64,000 nt of DNA from Candidatus Xenobia bacterium. Its GTDB lineage: Bacteria > Vulcanimicrobiota > Xenobia > Xenobiales > QWHO01. The stretch is taken from contig BTUM01000016.1 of the NCBI GenBank assembly GCA_045863235.1, positions 53,527-117,526 of the forward strand, given 5' to 3'. Position 1 is the first letter of the stretch; each line of letters opens with the position of its first letter. Below the pieces are notes generated by a model. It was not told where the DNA came from and made no database searches. It saw only the letters and a program-made list of their open reading frames with translations. Below are positions 17,496 through 27,385 of this stretch, one piece after another. Made by a program: the position numbers and the translations under genes.

Positions 17496-18591
17496 GCCGG
17501 TTCCCCGCCCTCCCCACTGGCAGGTGGACTGGGAAGCGCTGGACCGGGCCTGGCCTTTCCTCTGGCCCATGAAAGAGTGCCCCCAGGCCAGCGAATACCA
17601 CGGCGAGGGCAACGTCTGGATCCACACCCGCATGGTGTGCGAGCAGCTGGCTTCTCTGGCCCGCTGGCGCGAGCTGCCGGAAACCGAGCGCGAGCTGGTC
17701 TGGGCGGCGGCCCTGCTGCACGACGTGGCCAAGCCTGCCTGCACCCGGCCCGGACCGGACGGCCGGCTGACTTCGGCTGGTCACGCCCGCAAAGGGGCGG
17801 TGATGGCCCGCGCGCTCTTGTGGCGGCTGGGGGTGGCCTTCGAGCGGCGCGAGCTGGTGTGCGCGCTGATCCGCCACCATATGGTGCCGTTCTGGATCCT
17901 CGACCGCGACGACAGCCTGCGCCTCTTGCTGGAGGTCAGCCTGACAGCCCGCTGCGACCTGCTCTCGGTACTGGCCGAGGCCGACGCCCGGGGGCGCATC
18001 GCGGCCGACCAGCAGGAGCTGATCGAGGACACCTGGCTGTTTGCCGAGTTCGCCCGAGAGCACGGCTGTCTGAGCCAGCCCTACCCGTTCCCCAGCGAGC
18101 ACACGCGCTATGTCTACTTCCGCTCCCCCCAGCGCTCGCCCGGGATGGAGGCCTTTGAGGACACCCGCAGCCGGGTCACGGTGCTGAGCGGCCTGCCGGG
18201 AGCGGGCAAGGATACCTACGCCCGCAGGCTCTCGTTGCCCCAGGTCTCGCTGGACGCCATCCGGGCCGAACTCGGCGTCAAACCCACCGACGACCAGGGA
18301 CCGGTGGCCGAGCGGGCCCGCGAGCGGGCGCGAGAGTTCCTGCGCCGGGGGGAGCCGTTCGTGTGGAACGCCACCAATCTCAGCCGCGAGCAGCGCGAGC
18401 GCTGCCTGGGCTTGCTGGCTGATTACCGCGCCCGCGTGGAGCTGGTCTATTGCGAAGCCGAGCACGACGAGCTGATGCGCCGCAACGCCGAGCGCGAGCC
18501 GCCCTTCCCGGGAGCGGTTCTGGAGCGGCTCTTGGAGCGCTGGGAGGTGCCCGACCTGAGCGAGGCCCACCGCCTCGAGCTGGCCTTCTAA
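17488..18591 (+). CDS. HD phosphoesterase + P-loop polynucleotide kinase (HD-Pnk-like)
   Basis: YHGEGNVWIHT, LLHDVAK, GHA, HH, AD; then GLPGAGKDT, SLDAIR, WNATN. Confidence 0.85.
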   Translation: MLEPVPRPPHWQVDWEALDRAWPFLWPMKECPQASEYHGEGNVWIHTRMVCEQLASLARWRELPETERELVWAAALLHDVAKPACTRPGPDGRLTSAGHARKGAVMARALLWRLGVAFERRELVCALIRHHMVPFWILDRDDSLRLLLEVSLTARCDLLSVLAEADARGRIAADQQELIEDTWLFAEFAREHGCLSQPYPFPSEHTRYVYFRSPQRSPGMEAFEDTRSRVTVLSGLPGAGKDTYARRLSLPQVSLDAIRAELGVKPTDDQGPVAERARERAREFLRRGEPFVWNATNLSREQRERCLGLLADYRARVELVYCEAEHDELMRRNAEREPPFPGAVLERLLERWEVPDLSEAHRLELAF

Positions 18592-18630
18592 GTCCCGCGA
18601 TGAATTGTTAAAAGGTCAGCGCGGGGCGCC

Positions 18631-21378
18631 TTAAGCCCGGTTCCTGCGCCGCACCAGCGCTCCCCCGAAGGCCACGAAGGAGCTGCTCTCCAGCACTCCC
18701 GAGCCGGCTTGCTCGCTGACCACCCCGTGTTCGCGCAGGGCCTGCTCGACGTCGCCGCTCCCCCGAGCGGTGCGCCAGATCTCTAGTCCGCGCTGAAAGC
18801 GCTCGGCGTCGCTCTTCTCGCGCAAAAGGCCGGCCAGCTCGACCCGGGTCAGAATGCCCTGCAGCGTGTGCCACTGCTCCTCGGGCTGGCCGGCGCCCAC
18901 CAGCTCGGTGAAAGCGGCCATCGCCTCAGAGCGGTGCTGGGGACCGAAGCGCTCCACCAGCTCCCCGCCCCAACCGCTCGCCCCCTCAGCCCAGCTCTCC
19001 ACGACCTCGTCGGAGACATAGCCCTGAGTCTGCTCGATGCGCGCCAGGATCGCGCAGGCTCGCTCGGGCTCGACTCCCTGGCGCAAGCGCTCCCGGTCGA
19101 GCTGCTCGAAGTGGTCGTGGGCATTGCTCCTCACCTGGTAGATCGTCGGCTGGCGCGACTCGGGAGCGGCGAGGGCGCGCAGCCGGTCCTCCAGCTCAGG
19201 GGCCCCCTGGGCCAGAGGCAGGGCCAGCACGAAATCGGCCAGATGCTCGTTGGAGAGCTTCTCCAGTGACTCCTGGCCGGTCAGCCGGCTGCCCAGCCAC
19301 AGTCGCACCCGGGCCCTGTCGGCCTCGCTCAGATCGTTCAGCATCGCCAGAGCGGCCCGCAAAGGGGGAAGCTCGAAGGGGTCGCGCTGCTCCTGGGTAT
19401 TGCCCCGATGCACCGTATGCTGCACGCAGATGGAGGCGGCCGCCAGCCGCTCTTGCAGGTCGCCCGACTGCAGGCCGGCCATGGCCTGCTCGAGCACCCG
19501 GTTGCGAGCCTCTTCGACCAGCGGCTCGAACCAGGCCTGGGAATAAGGGAGGCTGGCCTGGAGCAGCTCCCCCAGGCGGGCTTTCGTCTCCGGGGTGAGC
19601 GGGATGGAGGCCAGCACGGCCAGGTGATTGCGCGTCCGGGCATCGCACTCGATCAGACTTCCCGCCCCCGCAAGACCGGAAGCGATGGGGTCGAGCAGGC
19701 GCTTCTCCAGGGCCGGGTCGGGCTCGGGAGCGAGCAGGGCAAAGCAATCGGCCGACCCCTCCCAGCAATTCTTCGCACCGGGAATGAACGACTGCTCCAC
19801 CTTGTCCGAATCGAGCAGGTGAGCCAGCAAGGCCTCGCGATAGGGAACCAGCTGACCCTTCGGGTCGGCCAGCATCAGCCCGTCCAGGTCCAGGCTGCGG
19901 GCCAGCCTCAGAGCCGGAGCGGTAAAGGTGTAGCGGGTCAGGTTCAGCTCGCCCTGTTTGGCCCCCTGCGGCACCATCCAGCTGGTCAGCCAGTCCTTTT
20001 GCAGGGGGTCGGGCTTCCAGCCGGCCTTCAGGGCCGACTCGAAGATGGCGAAGTGGGCCGTATCGGGGTAGCTCGTCTGGCGCTGCCTCAACGTCTCGGC
20101 CGCGATCGCCGGGGCCAGTTGGGGCTGTTTCCTCATCAGGGTGAGCAGGTTGCGCACGCCCCAATTGAGCCCGTCGTAGCTGGTGTTGTTGAGGATCGCG
20201 CCCACCTGGGCTGTCACCTGCTCGGGGTTGGGGGGCGAAATCTCCCACAGGGCCGAGCAGAAGTCCAGGATGCCGCGGCCCTCGATGCCCAGTGCCTCGG
20301 CCCGGTCGGGCACCTGCTCGAGGGCCTGGCGGTGGGGCTGAAACAGCTGGTCCAGCCGAGGACTCTTGCGCGAATCAGAGATAAGCCGCGCCATGGCCGA
20401 CAGGTCCTCGTCGGAGGGGCGTCCGGCGGTAAGCTCCTCGACCAGCGCACGAGCGACCTCAGCGGCCTGCTCGGGCATCGTTTCGGCCAGCACCTCCAGC
20501 CGCTTGACTCCCTTGCGCTCGTTGAGAAGGGGGATCTGCTCGAGGATCTGGCGAGCCGCGGTCCTGACCTCGGCCGACGTGGAGGGCGGCGCTGCCTCGA
20601 GCTCGAGCCGAAGACCCCGCACCGGGACGGGGCCCTCGAGCAGGGTAGCCTCAAGCTCTCCCTCGACCTGACCGTAGCGGCGCAGGAGGTCGCAAGCCCG
20701 GGCGGCCAGGGAGAGATCCAGCTCGACCGGCTCCTTCTCGCGTAGGTCAGGAGCAAGCTCTTCCCGGCTGCGTCGCAGGTGCTTATGGGCCAGCAGCATC
20801 AGGCTGCGCAGGGCCGCCGGCGTGGCGGGCTCCTTCTGCAAAGCGCTTTCGAGCCGATCCAGGGTCAGCTGGACGCGCTCGGCGTCAAAGCCCGAGATGC
20901 GGGCCTCCCAATCGATTCGCTGGCTCGCTCCCTCGACCGGTCCGTAGAACACGCACAGCTCCTCCAACCGGTTGCCCCCGTGGACATTGGACAGGGTCCG
21001 CCGGGCCAGGTAGCGGGTGACCGGGTCGGGGCTTTCGGCCCACTTGTGCGCCCCGGTGCCGCTGACGATCTCGGGCATGGCGCTGGCTCGCTCGGCCAGC
21101 CGCAGCTTGAGGGGCCAGAGGTCGGCGGGGGGTTGCTCGGGGGGCAGGGGCTGTTCAGCTTGCGAGGCTGGGGGCTCGGCAGTGGGGAGAGGAGCGGGTG
21201 CGGAGGGCCCCGGACGCGGGCCTCCCAGTTCGGTCTGGTCCAGCGGGTCGGCCTCGAAAGCCTGGCCAGGCCGGGCGGCCGTCTGGGGACGGGCGGCGGC
21301 AAAGTTTGAGCTCAAGGCACGCAGCTCGGGGGTCACTGTCAGGGGAGTTCTGCCCGGGGCGGGTTGTTTCCCCTCCAA
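18631..21378 (-). CDS. Large helical hypothetical protein with Pro-rich N-terminus and the shared C-terminal motif
   Basis: 915 aa ORF 18 nt downstream of the propeller gene; tail VLESSSFVAFGGALVRRR. Start uncertain. Confidence 0.7.
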   Translation of the reverse strand: MEGKQPAPGRTPLTVTPELRALSSNFAAARPQTAARPGQAFEADPLDQTELGGPRPGPSAPAPLPTAEPPASQAEQPLPPEQPPADLWPLKLRLAERASAMPEIVSGTGAHKWAESPDPVTRYLARRTLSNVHGGNRLEELCVFYGPVEGASQRIDWEARISGFDAERVQLTLDRLESALQKEPATPAALRSLMLLAHKHLRRSREELAPDLREKEPVELDLSLAARACDLLRRYGQVEGELEATLLEGPVPVRGLRLELEAAPPSTSAEVRTAARQILEQIPLLNERKGVKRLEVLAETMPEQAAEVARALVEELTAGRPSDEDLSAMARLISDSRKSPRLDQLFQPHRQALEQVPDRAEALGIEGRGILDFCSALWEISPPNPEQVTAQVGAILNNTSYDGLNWGVRNLLTLMRKQPQLAPAIAAETLRQRQTSYPDTAHFAIFESALKAGWKPDPLQKDWLTSWMVPQGAKQGELNLTRYTFTAPALRLARSLDLDGLMLADPKGQLVPYREALLAHLLDSDKVEQSFIPGAKNCWEGSADCFALLAPEPDPALEKRLLDPIASGLAGAGSLIECDARTRNHLAVLASIPLTPETKARLGELLQASLPYSQAWFEPLVEEARNRVLEQAMAGLQSGDLQERLAAASICVQHTVHRGNTQEQRDPFELPPLRAALAMLNDLSEADRARVRLWLGSRLTGQESLEKLSNEHLADFVLALPLAQGAPELEDRLRALAAPESRQPTIYQVRSNAHDHFEQLDRERLRQGVEPERACAILARIEQTQGYVSDEVVESWAEGASGWGGELVERFGPQHRSEAMAAFTELVGAGQPEEQWHTLQGILTRVELAGLLREKSDAERFQRGLEIWRTARGSGDVEQALREHGVVSEQAGSGVLESSSFVAFGGALVRRRNRA

Positions 21379-21396
21379 CCCGAGTTCGCGCCTCGG

Positions 21397-22530
21397 TCAG
21401 CCGGGTGCGAGCCTCTTCTTGAGTCGTACCGAGCCGAAGCGGACGCTGCCAGCATCCTCGGTCACGGCCGAGGAGGAGTCCTCGGGAACCACTCGCAGCT
21501 CGAGGCGGCTCACGTCCCCGTTGCGCCGGGTGACGTAGAGCCAGCCCTCGGGCCCCCGGGCGGCGCCCACGATGTCCGAGGGAACCTCCAGCTCCTCGCC
21601 CAGGCAGATCAGGCGCGGCGCGCTCTTGCTCCCGGTGATCAGAGCTCCGTCCGACCCCATCGTGTTGACCTCCAGAGTGGGATCCACCGGCAGCTTCTCC
21701 ACCAGGCCCGGCAGCACGCCCCGCTCGCTCCCATTCGCATCGAAGAGGTGGACCGCGCCTCCAGCCAGTGCCAGAGCGATCGAGCCGGGAAGGCCCAGCC
21801 CCGGCTGGCCGGGCAGACTGAACTCGCCCAGGGCAACGTCCATCTCCACGCGACCCGTGGCCGGCTGGAGAGCCACCAGGTGGTGGCGCATCCCCGGCTC
21901 CATGGTGATGAAGTAGTAACGCCCATCGGGACCGAGCCGGGGAGGACGCCCGGCGATTCCGGGCAGATCTTTCAAGCGCTTGCTCTTGAAGAGCAGGGAG
22001 GTAGGGTCGTAGCGCACCACGCGCCCCTGGTTACCGACCAGCAGCACCGACTTGCCCGGTCCCGGGAGCACGAAGAAACTGTGAGGGGTTCCCAGCGCGT
22101 CGTGAATCCTGGCCTTCTCATTGCCGTCGGGGTCGAAGGCCAGCAGCATGCATCCTCGGGTCGAGACGTAGATGCGCTCGCCCTGCACCACCGGCGCGTT
22201 CATCGGCTCAAGGAGAGGTCGGGCCCAGAGCAGCTTACCCTCGGGGCTGATCCGGTGCAGGTTGCGACCGCCCAGGACGTAGACCGAGCCGTCGGGCGCA
22301 GGCGTCGGGGGGTGCTCGAGCGGGCCTTTCAGCCGGCAGCTCCACACCGGTGCTCCGCTCGCATCCAGGGCCTGCAGGTTGCCCGAGCGGTCGCCCGCGT
22401 AGACCCGGTCGGCCGCCAGGACGGGAGGCAGATCCACCGGCTCGTCCGCCAGCCGGGCCAGGGTGGTCAGCACGGGCCGGGGGGTCCCAAACAGGGTCGC
22501 AGCCGCAGTGCTCGAGGAGACGGTTGCCAT
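21397..22530 (-). CDS. PQQ-like (BamB-type) beta-propeller protein with the shared C-terminal motif
   Basis: Start reassigned to ATG 22530 (MATVSS); repeats VYAG..G.L.ALD..G...W and P.PAPDGSVYV; tail VTEDAGSVRFGSVRLKKR. Confidence 0.75.
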   Translation of the reverse strand: MATVSSSTAAATLFGTPRPVLTTLARLADEPVDLPPVLAADRVYAGDRSGNLQALDASGAPVWSCRLKGPLEHPPTPAPDGSVYVLGGRNLHRISPEGKLLWARPLLEPMNAPVVQGERIYVSTRGCMLLAFDPDGNEKARIHDALGTPHSFFVLPGPGKSVLLVGNQGRVVRYDPTSLLFKSKRLKDLPGIAGRPPRLGPDGRYYFITMEPGMRHHLVALQPATGRVEMDVALGEFSLPGQPGLGLPGSIALALAGGAVHLFDANGSERGVLPGLVEKLPVDPTLEVNTMGSDGALITGSKSAPRLICLGEELEVPSDIVGAARGPEGWLYVTRRNGDVSRLELRVVPEDSSSAVTEDAGSVRFGSVRLKKRLAPG

Positions 22531-22538
22531 ACTCCACC

Positions 22539-22571
22539 AGTATGCGCGGGCCCGCTGAAGAGAAGCTGAAC
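22539..22571 (-). promoter_or_regulatory. TTTCAG-N5-TTTCAG promoter element, copy 3
   Basis: GTTCAG cttct CTTCAG, N10, CATACT, N8, ATG 22530. Confidence 0.68.
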
Positions 22572-22613
22572 CCCGCCCGCACCGGCTTCTCCACCTGCGG
22601 CCAACGAGGGAAT

Positions 22614-23708
22614 TCAGCGCCTGTGGTGTCGCTCGAGCCAGCCCTCGAGGTCGAAGTAGCCGGGTAAGGTGGCGGCGAACCGCCGGACGTCGGGCTCCTC
22701 GTCCTCCAGGTCGGTGGGGCCGAAGAGCTGCGCGGTCACCCAGTCCACCCAGGCCACCGGGATGGGCGCGAAGCGGCGGAAGTAGGACTCGAGCTGCTCG
22801 GTGGACTGTGATTCCTGCCAGCGATACCAGACGAGCATGAAGCCTTGTCCGGGCCCCATGCGCCAGCCGATCGAGGAGCGCGAGATTTCTGGGAAGCGCA
22901 GCCAGGGAGGGGGCAAGACTCCGTCCGAAGTGAGAGCAAGCTCCCTGGCCAGACACTCTTCGTCGATCTGGCGGACTCTGCGCTGGTGCTCCTCACACTC
23001 GGGGCCCAGTGAATCTCGAATCAGCTGGCCCCGCCTCGGCCCGGCGCGCACGGAAAGCACGCCCTCCGGCCGCCAGATGCTGGAGCGCCCGGCGGCCCGG
23101 TCATAGCCTTCCCCGGTGGACCCGGCGAAACTGGCCACGGCCACCCAGACCTGATGCTCGGTCGCGATGCGGCGGGCACGCTCATCCTGCAGCTCGGCTT
23201 GCTCCGGGTGCTTGAGCGTGGCGGCCAGGTAGGCGTCGCAGCCCCTCGCCGCAGTGTCGGAGGCGTGCTGCGCGATGCTGGTATCCTTGCAGATAGCCAG
23301 GCCGAGCCGCCAGCCGTCCACCTCCAGCACTTCGGGCTGCGTGCCGGGGGAAAATCTCCTGGCCTCCGACTCGGATAGCCAGATCTTGCGATAGGCCACC
23401 CTGACCCCGCTGCCCTGGACGGCCAGCATGGCGATGTGGCAGCGCCCCTCCTCGCCCTGCACGGGGGCGCCCACCAGTGCCAGCGAGCCCTCCCGGCCGC
23501 ACGCCGTCACCAGCTTCTCCAGGCGCGGATCGTCGGGCGTGATGGCCGGCGCGTCCAGATGGTAGCCCGTCAGGGACATCTCGGGGAAGAGCACGACGCG
23601 AGAGGGACACCCACGTTTCACCGTGGCGGCATGGATGGCCGCGTTCTCGGCCACGTCATAGGGAACGCAGTGGGGCTGCGCCACGGTGATCGAGAGCGGC
23701 TCCGGCAT
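22614..23708 (-). CDS. Carbon-nitrogen hydrolase (nitrilase superfamily) with Trp-rich C-terminal domain
   Basis: Start ATG 23708; catalytic triad FPEMSLTGY / YRK / ICKD; C-terminal PPPWLRFP..SIGWRMGPG..W..W. Confidence 0.8.
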   Translation of the reverse strand: MPEPLSITVAQPHCVPYDVAENAAIHAATVKRGCPSRVVLFPEMSLTGYHLDAPAITPDDPRLEKLVTACGREGSLALVGAPVQGEEGRCHIAMLAVQGSGVRVAYRKIWLSESEARRFSPGTQPEVLEVDGWRLGLAICKDTSIAQHASDTAARGCDAYLAATLKHPEQAELQDERARRIATEHQVWVAVASFAGSTGEGYDRAAGRSSIWRPEGVLSVRAGPRRGQLIRDSLGPECEEHQRRVRQIDEECLARELALTSDGVLPPPWLRFPEISRSSIGWRMGPGQGFMLVWYRWQESQSTEQLESYFRRFAPIPVAWVDWVTAQLFGPTDLEDEEPDVRRFAATLPGYFDLEGWLERHHRR

Positions 23709-23823
23709 GAAGGGACGGTTCGAGATGTTGGCCGCACATCTTCCTTTGATTCGATGAGCCAGAGTCTCCGGGCCCACTCGCTGGTTGTCCGAGCCCACTC
23801 ACTCGGCTTACGACTAGATTCTG

Positions 23824-23845
23824 TGCTATAATATTTCAGATTATA
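23824..23845 (+). promoter_or_regulatory. Extended -10 promoter overlapped by an inverted repeat
   Basis: TGC-TATAAT, with TATAAT-N7-ATTATA forming a palindrome in an AT-rich patch; AGGAAGGAG RBS follows. Confidence 0.55.
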
Positions 23846-23867
23846 AACCAGGAAGGAGCCCGGCCCG

Positions 23868-25277
23868 ATGTTCCTGGATCGGGATCGCGAGTTGGAGGGG
23901 CTGAACGAGCGCTTTCGAGAGGAAAGCGCCGAGCTGTTCGTTGTCTACGGACGGCGACGCATCGGAAAATCGGCCCTGCTGAATGAGTTCGGTCGAGGCA
24001 AACCGCACGTATACTTTCTAGCTTCCCAGGTGCGCGAGGGCGACAACCTGGAGCAGTTTCGCCAGGCCCTGTCTCTCGCCCGCACCGACCCGCTGCTGGA
24101 CTCTCTGCGATTTCATTCATGGGAGACGGCGCTGGCCTACCTGGGCCGGGCCGGGGAGAGCGAACGCTTCCTGGTCGTGCTCGACGAGTTTCCCTATCTG
24201 TGCCAGGAGAATCCGGCTCTCCCGTCCGTGCTCCAAAAATGGTGGGACACTCAAGGCTGCAATAGCAAGCTGTTCCTGATTCTCTGTGGCTCTCAGGTCA
24301 GCTTCATGGAGGGAGAGCTCCTGGCCGAGCGCTCGCCTCTATACGGTCGACGCACGGGCCAGCAGCGCCTGGGGCCCTTGCTTCCGTGGGATGCGGCTCG
24401 GTTCTTCCCCAATTACTCGGTGCGGGACCGCCTGGCGACCTACGGCATCCTGGGGGGGGTGCCGGCCTACCTGGAACGATTTCGCCCGGGGCAGTCGCTC
24501 AAGGCGAATCTCCTGAGAGAAGCACTCAACCCTCAGGGCTTCTTGTATGACGAGGTCCACTTTCTGCTTCGCACCGAGCTGACGCAGATCGCCACCTATC
24601 TCACCGTTCTAAAAGCTGTTGCTGGCGGTGCCACTCGAATCTCGGAGATTGCCGATCGGGCCGGACTGCCTGTGACAGGAGTCTCCTCGTACCTGGGGAC
24701 CCTGCGCGAGTTGGGTCTCATCCGGCGGGAAGTCCCCTTCTTGGAGCCCATTCCCGAAAAGAGCAAGCGCGGGGTCTACCGTGTGGCCGACCCCTTTATC
24801 GCGTTCTGGTGCCGGTTCATCCTGCCCTACCAGAGTCTGATCCAGGCCGGTCAGGGCGAGCTCGCGTGGCGCGAGCTCATCAGCCCTTTCCTGGACACCC
24901 ACCTGGGGCAGGTGTTCGAGGAGGTATGCCGGCTCTTTGTCCAGCACCGATGGGCCGAGCTGGGTTCAGCTGTGCCCTTGCGGGTAGGCAGCCAGTGGTC
25001 CGGCGACCATGACCTGGATGTCGTGGCCGAGCTCGCTGACGGAGAGAAGCGCGAGCTCCTGGTGGGGGAGTGCAAGTGGTGGAAGGGTCCGGTGGGCCGA
25101 AACGTGCTTGAGGCAGTGAGAGCCCGGGCGCAATCGCTCCGAAGCCCGTCCCGACTGGCCCTGTTCTCACTCAACGGCTTCACTGAGGACCTGCGGGAGA
25201 CCGCTGAACGAGAGGACATCGCGTTGATCGACGGTGAGAAGCTGGTTTCCAGCCTGGACAGCCCGACATCGCGCTGA
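23868..25277 (+). CDS. AAA ATPase (ATPase_2 type) with wHTH and DUF234 / PD-(D/E)XK C-terminus
   Basis: FLDRDREL, YGRRRIGKS, LDEFPYL, LCGS, PLYGRRT, GGVPAYL, DPF..FW.RF, DLDVV..GECKW. Confidence 0.85.
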   Translation: MFLDRDRELEGLNERFREESAELFVVYGRRRIGKSALLNEFGRGKPHVYFLASQVREGDNLEQFRQALSLARTDPLLDSLRFHSWETALAYLGRAGESERFLVVLDEFPYLCQENPALPSVLQKWWDTQGCNSKLFLILCGSQVSFMEGELLAERSPLYGRRTGQQRLGPLLPWDAARFFPNYSVRDRLATYGILGGVPAYLERFRPGQSLKANLLREALNPQGFLYDEVHFLLRTELTQIATYLTVLKAVAGGATRISEIADRAGLPVTGVSSYLGTLRELGLIRREVPFLEPIPEKSKRGVYRVADPFIAFWCRFILPYQSLIQAGQGELAWRELISPFLDTHLGQVFEEVCRLFVQHRWAELGSAVPLRVGSQWSGDHDLDVVAELADGEKRELLVGECKWWKGPVGRNVLEAVRARAQSLRSPSRLALFSLNGFTEDLRETAEREDIALIDGEKLVSSLDSPTSR

Positions 25278-25627
25278 CCAGGCCGTGCAGGTTGCCGTGT
25301 TGATACTTCACCGATGCGGAGGACAGCAACGTGGTCAAGTCAACAATCCGTTTCAGCGTCAAGACGACCGGACCTGACGCAACCGCCGGAGGGAGAGCAA
25401 TTTGCTCACTCTGCCCAGGAACGCGTTACCGTCCCAAGGATTGACGATGGTCAAGGGTCATGAATGGCTTTCCCTTTCGAGCGCTCTCGAACCGGACGGT
25501 CAGTTGAGGTCCTCGTCTCGATCTCAATCGGGCCTTGCAGAGGCTTCCTGCAGAGGCTCAGACCCGTCCCAAACTCAAGGCACTACCGGAATCTGGAGCA
25601 GGACGAACGCGCCCGCAAGTGTTTTCC

Positions 25628-27385
25628 TTACCCTGCCACGAGCTCTCCGGCCAGCCAGGCGCGCAAAGCGGCCGGGTACCAGTCCCAGGTCCCCTCGAAG
25701 CGGGCCGCCAGCGACTGAAGGCCATGCTCGCGCAACTCGCCAGCCAGCTCGGCGCGGCGCTCGGCAAAGCCGCTGGAGAGCTGCTCGGTGCCAAAGTGCA
25801 CGCTCTCCTCGCACAATCCCCAGGCTTTGCGCACCAGGGCCGCCAGCGGGTCGGCCGGGGGGTCCAGGGCGATCAGGGGTAGATCCCAATCGGGGGCGGG
25901 CTCCTCCAGATCGGGCACCACCACGCGGTCGGGGGTGCGGAAGGCGACCGGCTCGAGCACCAGGTCGCCCGCCTCGTGGCGCAGAAAGCCGCTCACCTGG
26001 ACGGCCGACGGCAAGCCCCGGGCCAGCGCGTCCAGAGCGCCGGGCACGGCCCCCTCGTAGGCTCGCGCGATGCGCACCTCCTCCCCCTCCGGCAGGACGG
26101 CGCTGGCCACGATCTCCTGCTCGCCCGGGGCGTAGGCTACCTCCACCTCGGCCAGGCTCAGCACCACGAAGTCCTCGGCCAGAACCAGGGGGCGCAGCAG
26201 GCGCGGCGGGCGGGGAGGAAACTCGAGCGACTGCAGCGACTCGGGCAGCGACTCCCAGGCCTGGCCCAGGGGCATCACCGAGTGCTTGCTCTTCTCGCGC
26301 CTCAGAGTCAGGCTGCGGTTGGCGTGGCGGCGCACGCCCTGGCTGACCAGCTGGCCCCGGGCCAGGTCGCGCAGGCGCACGTCGCCGGCCAGAGTGACTC
26401 CCGGACCGGTGTAGGCGCGCTCGAGAACCAGCACCTGGCCGGCCGGGTCGGCCAGGTAGAGCCGTACCCGATCACCCTGAATGCGGGCGCCCAGCGAGAT
26501 CAGTCGCAGGTGGTCGAGTTCGGTCTCGGGCGCGGTGTCCTGGCCCAGCACGTAGGTAGCCGACAGCTCGCTCACACCGGCCAGGCGGGTCCGCAGGCTG
26601 AGCAGGGCAAAGGCCGCCTCGCCCACCTTGTAGCGACCCGAGCTGGCTTTGTAAAGCGCGAGCTGCTCTTGCAGGCTGTCGAGCAAGACCAGCGGCCAGG
26701 TCATGCCCGCCAGCTGCCGGCGAGCTCTCTCGAACTGGGCCTCCAGGCCTTCGGCGTGGACGACCCCTTCGCGCAACAAACGCTCGCTCAGGGCCTCTAC
26801 GGCCGAAAGCTCGTGGCGGCGGGATCGGGTGGCGCCGAACTCGACCGTCTGCTGACCCTGGCGGGCAGCCCAGACGGCCAGGGCCAGGTGCGCGCAGGCT
26901 CCCTTGTCAGCGCAGTCGCAGCGAGCCATGGAAAGCTCGCGGGGCACAAGAAAGCGCACCGAGCAGGTGGGCAGGCGCACGGCGGCGCCCTCCACCTGGG
27001 CCCGAAAGCCCTTCGCCAGCAAGGCCCGGGCTTTCTCCAGCAGGCGCTTGCCCAGAAAGCGCTCCAGCTCCTCGTCGCCGATCTCACCCGGACTCCAGGG
27101 CACTTCGTCCGGGGCCTCGCCTCGCGGGTAAGCCAGGGCCACCGCCACCCGGTGGCGGCAGACGGTGGTGGCGAGGCAGGTGCAGTTGCCCTGAGCCAGG
27201 CTCTTGCCGGGCGGCAGCGTGGCCACCACGCCGTCCTCGAAGATTCCCCGCACGGTGCCGTCGGGGTCTTCTTCCAGGCGCGGGCCCCTGCCCTCCTCAA
27301 TCTCGCGGGTGGCCCGCTTGACCAGCCCCATGTTGGACAGAGCCGCGATCGCCTCCGGGGTCAGGGCGGCCAGGTCGCTGCGCAT
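25628..27385 (-). CDS. SWIM zinc-finger protein (YehQ-like)
   Basis: Two CxC-x4-CxH motifs (CTCLATTVCRH, CDCADKGACAH); ALSNMGLVKRA N-terminus. Confidence 0.75.
   Translation of the reverse strand: MRSDLAALTPEAIAALSNMGLVKRATREIEEGRGPRLEEDPDGTVRGIFEDGVVATLPPGKSLAQGNCTCLATTVCRHRVAVALAYPRGEAPDEVPWSPGEIGDEELERFLGKRLLEKARALLAKGFRAQVEGAAVRLPTCSVRFLVPRELSMARCDCADKGACAHLALAVWAARQGQQTVEFGATRSRRHELSAVEALSERLLREGVVHAEGLEAQFERARRQLAGMTWPLVLLDSLQEQLALYKASSGRYKVGEAAFALLSLRTRLAGVSELSATYVLGQDTAPETELDHLRLISLGARIQGDRVRLYLADPAGQVLVLERAYTGPGVTLAGDVRLRDLARGQLVSQGVRRHANRSLTLRREKSKHSVMPLGQAWESLPESLQSLEFPPRPPRLLRPLVLAEDFVVLSLAEVEVAYAPGEQEIVASAVLPEGEEVRIARAYEGAVPGALDALARGLPSAVQVSGFLRHEAGDLVLEPVAFRTPDRVVVPDLEEPAPDWDLPLIALDPPADPLAALVRKAWGLCEESVHFGTEQLSSGFAERRAELAGELREHGLQSLAARFEGTWDWYPAALRAWLAGELVAG

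Noticed and set aside
25280..25620. Intergenic stretch as an IS or gene remnant
   Set aside because: No terminal repeats, transposase motif or convincing ORF visible by eye.
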